Positions 25,861 through 29,957 of a stretch of 29,957 nt of DNA are shown in pieces. The stretch comes from Planctomycetota bacterium (lineage in GTDB: Bacteria > Planctomycetota > UBA8108 > UBA1146), in NCBI GenBank assembly GCA_036338595.1, contig JAYZBV010000054.1, forward strand, positions 1 to 29,957, in the 5' to 3' direction. The notes under the pieces are model-generated. The model was given only the letters and a program-made list of their open reading frames with translations, was not told the origin of the DNA and ran no database searches. The position numbers and the translations under genes are program-made. Within the stretch, counting starts at the first letter, position 1. Each line of letters begins with the position of its first letter.

Positions 25861-27353
25861 ACTTTCCGTCCCTGCCGGTCTCCACTCCTCCGGGTACTGG
25901 AGCGAGAGGACCTTCTCGTTGAGGAGCTTTTGCTTCTGGAACGAGGGGATCTCGCTTCCCCGGAGGGGGGACCGGAAGTCTTTCTTCTCCTGCGCCTTTT
26001 CTTCGAATTACTGTCGTTCTTCGAATTACTGTCGCCACCCGTGTCGACATCTCGTTGGCTGCTCTGGTGCCAATTCGAGTTCGCTGAGGAGCCAGAGGAT
26101 GGTCGTTTTCTCTTCTGATTTCTGTTTCGGCCCGGCCTGCCACCCGATGGGCGCGTCTTGTTGTGCCCCGCCGAGGAATTCTTGCGGCCTGTCCTGCTCG
26201 GAATGAGCGCTTCTTCGAAGCCGGGAACCGACTGGATCTTCAGCGATGCCCCGATCGCCTTCTCGATGGCCCGGATCATCTCTCCATCGGCTTCCGTGAT
26301 GAAGGTGAAGGCTTTTCCTTCACACTCTGATCGACCCGTACGGCCGATCCGGTGCGTGTAAGCCTCTGCAGTGTTGGGGATGTCGAGGTTGATGACATGA
26401 GAGATCTTCGCGACGTCGATGCCCCTGGCGGCAATGTCCGTGGCGACCAGGATGTCGAAGGTACGCTGTCGAAATCCCTTCATGGCCCGGTCGCGCTGGT
26501 TCTGAGACATGTTGCCCTGAAGGGCGACGGCGCGGTGACCGTCCTTGACCAGTTTCTCTGCCAGTTGCCGTGCTCGGCGCTTGGTCCGAGTGAAGACGAT
26601 GGCTGATTCGAACTCGTCCTTGCGAAGCAGATGGCGCAACATCTCGATCTTACGTTGTTCCCTGACCGGATAGAGAGCGTGTTCAATCGTGCTGGCGGGT
26701 ACCGAATGGTCAATCTCGGTGATGAAAGGGTCGACCAGCATCTGCTCGGCCAGCCGACGGATCTCGCGCGGCATCGTTGCGGCGAACAGCAGATTCTGGC
26801 GGCGACTGGGCAGTTGCGCGATGATGCGCTTGATATCGGGCAAGAAACCCATGTCAAACATGTGATCTGCTTCATCGAGGATCAGGGTGTCGATCCGCGA
26901 CAGATCGACAAATCCACGACCGAGCAGATCTAGCAGCCGTCCCGGGCAAGCACAGATCACATCGACCTTGCGGGAGAGCTTCTGGATCTGTGGTTTCTCG
27001 GAGACGCCACCGTAGATTGTCATCGTGCGGACGCGGGTGTCCCGACTCAACTTGCGAAACTCTTCGTCGATCTGGGTCACCAGTTCGCGAGTCGGGCCGA
27101 CCACCAGCACTCTGGGACCAGGCTTGTGGTTCCGAAGCAGGTGCTCGATGCAGGGGATCGCGAAGGCTGCGGTTTTTCCGGTTCCAGTCTGGGCCAGCCC
27201 CAGCACATCCCTGCCTGCGAGGGCTGCTGGAATGGCAGTGGCCTGTACCGGTCGTGGTTTCGAGTAGTTCGCCTTCTGGATCGCTTTGGCGAGGGGGGCG
27301 ATCAGATCCAACTGGTTGAAATTGGAGATGGTATTCGTATCTGTGCGAGACAA
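25857..27353 (-). CDS. rhlE: DEAD-box ATP-dependent RNA helicase (RhlE-like) with basic low-complexity tail
   Basis: AQTGTGKT, PTREL, PGRLLD, LDEADHMFDMGF, ATDIAARGID and YTHRIGRTGR. Start placed at TTG 27353, behind an AAGGAG RBS. Assignment to rhlE specifically is less sure than the family. Confidence 0.88.
   Translation of the reverse strand: MSRTDTNTISNFNQLDLIAPLAKAIQKANYSKPRPVQATAIPAALAGRDVLGLAQTGTGKTAAFAIPCIEHLLRNHKPGPRVLVVGPTRELVTQIDEEFRKLSRDTRVRTMTIYGGVSEKPQIQKLSRKVDVICACPGRLLDLLGRGFVDLSRIDTLILDEADHMFDMGFLPDIKRIIAQLPSRRQNLLFAATMPREIRRLAEQMLVDPFITEIDHSVPASTIEHALYPVREQRKIEMLRHLLRKDEFESAIVFTRTKRRARQLAEKLVKDGHRAVALQGNMSQNQRDRAMKGFRQRTFDILVATDIAARGIDVAKISHVINLDIPNTAEAYTHRIGRTGRSECEGKAFTFITEADGEMIRAIEKAIGASLKIQSVPGFEEALIPSRTGRKNSSAGHNKTRPSGGRPGRNRNQKRKRPSSGSSANSNWHQSSQRDVDTGGDSNSKNDSNSKKRRRRRKTSGPPSGEARSPRSRSKSSSTRRSSRSSTRRSGDRQGRKV
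25999..26034. repeat. Exact 18-nt tandem duplication in the helicase tail (DSNSKN/DSNSKK)
   Basis: ttcttcgaattactgtcg occurs at 25999-26016 and 26017-26034. Confidence 0.9.
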
Positions 27354-27515
27354 GGGGATCTCCTTGCGTTCCGACTCCTCGCGGGAGGCGGCACCGGGGA
27401 TCACCCTCACAACAGTGGAAGGCAACGGATTGCTGAGTGGCGAGACCCACTGCCCGAAAGTCGGCCAGGGGTCCTGTTGATCGCCGTGGGGCGTATCCCC
27501 ACAGGTTCTGAGCCC

Positions 27516-27524
27516 AGTATAGCA
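27516..27524 (-). promoter_or_regulatory. Extended -10 element TGcTATACT for the helicase gene
   Basis: Reverse complement of agtatagca, about 160 nt upstream of the TTG start. Confidence 0.5.
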
Positions 27525-27616
27525 ACTTCGATCCAGGATGTTCTGAATCCTGGAAATTCTTTGTGCTTTTCTCGGCAACGCAGACACCTCTAGAATCGGT
27601 GCGAAGGGACTCCTAG

Positions 27617-28255
27617 ATGACTGACTCCTACCTTCCTCGAGCAGAATACGAGTTTTCCGATCAGCCGATCGGTAGCGAGCAGGTCGACCCCGATCCGATC
27701 GTGCAATTCCGGATCTGGTTCGAGAAGGAAGCGCGAAGGGGCGAGCGAGATGGGAACCGGATGGCACTGGCCACTGCAGATGATGCCGGTCGCCCATCGG
27801 TCAGAATGGTACTTCTCAAGCAATTCGATACCGATGGATTCCTGTTCTTTACCGATTACGGATCTCGAAAGGCGATCGACCTGGAGCAAAATCGCCAGGC
27901 CGCACTGCTCTTCCACTGGCCGCGGTTGCAGCGCCAGGTGCGGATCGAGGGTGCCGTGGATCGTGTGTCGAGGGAGATCTCCGAGCATTACTTCTCGTTG
28001 AGGCCGCGCACCTCTCAGGCCAGTGCTTCGATATCTCAGCAGAGTGAACCTTTACTCGACCGCGATCGCTTCGAGTCAGAGGTGCGAAATCTCGAGAGAG
28101 GGAACCAGCCGATCCCCTGCCCCGAGTCGTGGGGAGGGTATCGGTTGGTCGCCGAGCGCTTCGAGTTCTGGCAGGGGCAACCCGGTCGAACACACAATCG
28201 GATCGTCTACCTGCCCGGTGGCGATGGCTGGCAACGCTCCCAGTTGCAGCCCTGA
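27617..28255 (+). CDS. pdxH: Pyridoxamine 5'-phosphate oxidase
   Basis: MALATAD..GRPSVRMVLLK, F.FFTDY.SRK, RQVRIEG, YF..RPR.SQ, WGGYRL, FEFWQG...R.HNRI.Y and the terminal LQP. Confidence 0.96.
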   Translation: MTDSYLPRAEYEFSDQPIGSEQVDPDPIVQFRIWFEKEARRGERDGNRMALATADDAGRPSVRMVLLKQFDTDGFLFFTDYGSRKAIDLEQNRQAALLFHWPRLQRQVRIEGAVDRVSREISEHYFSLRPRTSQASASISQQSEPLLDRDRFESEVRNLERGNQPIPCPESWGGYRLVAERFEFWQGQPGRTHNRIVYLPGGDGWQRSQLQP

Positions 28256-28274
28256 AGCGTCTCTCCGGGTCGCT

Positions 28275-28303
28275 TTGCACTCTGAGTGCGTCTATGGCAA
28301 TCT
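28275..28303 (+). promoter_or_regulatory. Putative sigma70 promoter for tRNA-Arg (TTGCAC-17 nt-CAATCT)
   Basis: Spacing and position, 12 nt before the tRNA, with a GC-rich discriminator-like stretch. Both boxes deviate from consensus. Confidence 0.4.
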
Positions 28304-28315
28304 AGGCGCTCCGGG

Positions 28316-28392
28316 GCGCCCGTAGCTCAACCGGATAGAGCATCGGATTTCTAATCCGAAGGTTCCAGGTTCGAGTCCTGGCGGGCGTACCA
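28316..28392 (+). tRNA. tRNA-Arg(UCU), CCA encoded
   Basis: Acceptor GCGCCCG/CGGGCGT plus ACCA; anticodon arm TCGGA-TTTCTAA-TCCGA; T-arm CCAGG-TTCGAGT-CCTGG. Confidence 0.97.
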
Positions 28393-28424
28393 TATACTGA
28401 ATCCAACGAAAAGATTGGATCCTG

Positions 28425-29717
28425 ATGATGTTCTCTGCACTGCTTCCCGGCATCTTCTTGCTGTCTCTGAGCGCTCCTTCTCTCGTCGCTGGCGCCGAAC
28501 CGGAAATCGGTTTTGCCCCTCCAGTGCGACTGGAAGCCAACGGGGTACCCATCGATGTGACGATCGGCCATGCCGCTCCCTACGTCATCGATTTCGACGG
28601 CGATGGGGTGCGCGACCTGCTGGTCGGGGAATTCGGCGATGTCGACTTTCCGATCGAGCGGCTGCCGAAGCGGTTACAGGAAGCGGCAAAAAAATCGAGT
28701 TACTCGCAGGGGAAGTTGCGCATCTATCGCAATTACGGTTCCGACGAGGAGCCCCTCTTCAAGGGATTCGAGTACCTTCGTGCCGGGCGAGAAGACGCCT
28801 CGATGCCGACCACGTGATGCATCTGCTTCTGTCCACAGTTTGTGGACTACGACGCTGACGGCGATCTCGACATCCTGTCCGGCTCCTACACCGGTGAACT
28901 GTACCTGTTCGAGCGCAACGCCGAGGGTGGTTTCAAGCAGGGACGCTATCTCCTCGACGCCAAGGGCGAAGACCTGAAGGCAAAATCCTCCTCGGTGACG
29001 GTCGAGGCGATCGATGTGGATGCGGATGATGATCTCGATCTGGTGCTGGGAGCTCGCATCGGTTCTGTGGAGGTGTTCGAGAATGTCGGCACCCGTGCCC
29101 GACCCGCCTACGAGGGGAAGTCTCGTCCACTGCTGACCGCCGAAGGCGACAAGGTCAAGGGCAGCAACGCCCACCATGCAGACTGGGACGGCGACGGTGT
29201 GCTCGATCTGGTGCTCGGGAGCGAGTACGGGGGCGTCAACTGGTATCGCAACCTCGGCAGCAACAATGCGCCGAAATACGCCGCCAGCGAGCCGCTGATC
29301 GAAAAGGGCGAGTTCAAGCAGCGCCAGGAAGTCGACGGCCCCGAGGGTGCGGGCTCCCGCACCAAGGTGTTCGTGACCGACTGGAACCACGATGGGCTGC
29401 CCGATCTGCTGGTCGGAGATGTGCAGTGGCTCTACTACACATTACCGCCGCTGACCGCAGAGCAGGAAGCAGAGAAGCTGGCGCTGACACCCGCTTACGA
29501 GGCAGCGGAAGCGGTGCTCGACGAGGCGTACGATTATCGCAACAGTTTCGTCGGCAAGCCCGGTGGCATTCCAGACGATGCGAAAGCCCGTATCGATGAA
29601 GCCTCCAAGGTGTGGAGGCCGCTGGCCAAGAAGATGGCCAAGTTCGACCGCACCAAGTCGAACACCCACGGCTGGGTGTGGCTCTACCAGCAACAGCCGG
29701 CGGTCGAGGGGCAGTAG
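28425..29717 (+). CDS. Secreted FG-GAP/VCBS-repeat protein, 430 aa, with in-frame TGA at codon 131 (predicted selenocysteine)
   Basis: ORFs 28425-28817 and 28842-29717 share a frame (offset 417 nt). The link ACG-TGA-TGC-ATC-TGC-TTC-TGT-CCA-CAG-TTT-GTG has no other stop. Signal peptide; five D.D.DG..DL repeats; hairpin downstream of the TGA. Confidence 0.8.
28818..28860 (+). promoter_or_regulatory. Candidate bacterial SECIS element
   Basis: Perfect stem GTCCACA (28831-28837)/TGTGGAC (28841-28847) with a GTT loop. 20 nt separate the TGA from the loop G. An imperfect lower stem tctgcttc/gacgctga is possible. Confidence 0.7.
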
Positions 29718-29809
29718 TCGCCTCTCTTCCCAGATAACAATTTTCAGTTCACAATTTCCATCGCTGGTCGGGTGCTGCGAGTTCAGTTGAACACCTGGAA
29801 GGTAGAATC

Positions 29810-29957
29810 TTGCCCAAGAAGAAGAAAACCTCAGCTAATCGGTTCAATCTATATGTCATAGACCTCAAGAAAACAGTTCTCAAGGTGCGCAAATTCAATG
29901 AGGTAAATCAGCACTATACCCCTGAAAAAAACAAACCCTGTGTCTATGTCGGGTCTA
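29810..29957 (+). CDS. GIY-YIG-like nuclease-fold protein, 3'-truncated (MPKKKKTSANRFNLYVIDLKKTVLKVRKFNEVNQHYTPEKNKPCVYVGS...)
   Basis: Translated by hand from TTG 29810, behind GGAAGG; open to the window end. The LYVIDL ... KPCVYVG pair matches the two GIY-YIG strands. Visibly more AT-rich than its neighbours. Confidence 0.65.
   Translation, partial: MPKKKKTSANRFNLYVIDLKKTVLKVRKFNEVNQHYTPEKNKPCVYVGS

Noticed and set aside
27354..27797. 148-aa N-terminal extension of the helicase
   Set aside because: It overlaps pdxH on the opposite strand and looks non-protein-like. An RBS plus TTG at 27353 lies just before the Q motif.
28815..28817. TGA as genome-wide Trp/Gly reassignment, or as a simple nonsense pseudogene
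   Set aside because: TGA is a true stop elsewhere (pdxH, moxR, several ATGA overlaps) and Trp is encoded by TGG. A pseudogene is not excluded, but it is less likely given the adjacent Cys cluster, the hairpin and two otherwise intact halves.
949..29790. Numerous 60-350 aa alternative-frame and antisense ORFs
   Set aside because: They lie within well-supported genes, lack motifs, and are expected in GC-rich DNA.

Overview
A GC-rich bacterial window. The secreted proteins carrying C-terminal 'F(I/R)RGD-x-N-x-DG...DPT-x-D-x-L-x-C' dockerin-like domains suggest a Planctomycetota genome (inference). Contents in order: (1) the 3' end of a PKD-repeat/dockerin protein, then a coupled operon of a beta-propeller, a cytochrome c/periplasmic-binding-protein fusion and a SurA-like/DsbA protein; (2) a carboxypeptidase-regulatory-like repeat/dockerin protein and an endonuclease I/FN3/lamin-tail/dockerin protein; (3) a five-gene MoxR-DUF58-vWA operon; (4) a probable 55-aa small gene and tRNA-Pro(UGG); (5) a CRTAC1/ASPIC-UnbV protein, a MauG-like di-heme/dockerin protein and a cohesin-like/Cys-Asp-repeat/dockerin protein; (6) an RhlE-like DEAD-box helicase with a structured leader, pdxH and tRNA-Arg(UCU); (7) an FG-GAP protein split by one in-frame TGA and a truncated GIY-YIG-like gene. 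The best candidate for novelty is the FG-GAP gene. Its two ORFs are in one frame, joined by TGA-Cys-Ile-Cys-Phe-Cys with a SECIS-like hairpin 13 nt downstream, pointing to a secreted selenoprotein with a U-C-x-C-x-C motif. Second is a cellulosome-like set of five dockerin proteins plus a cohesin, carrying non-carbohydrate cargo. All family assignments come from motif recognition by eye; no database searches were run.
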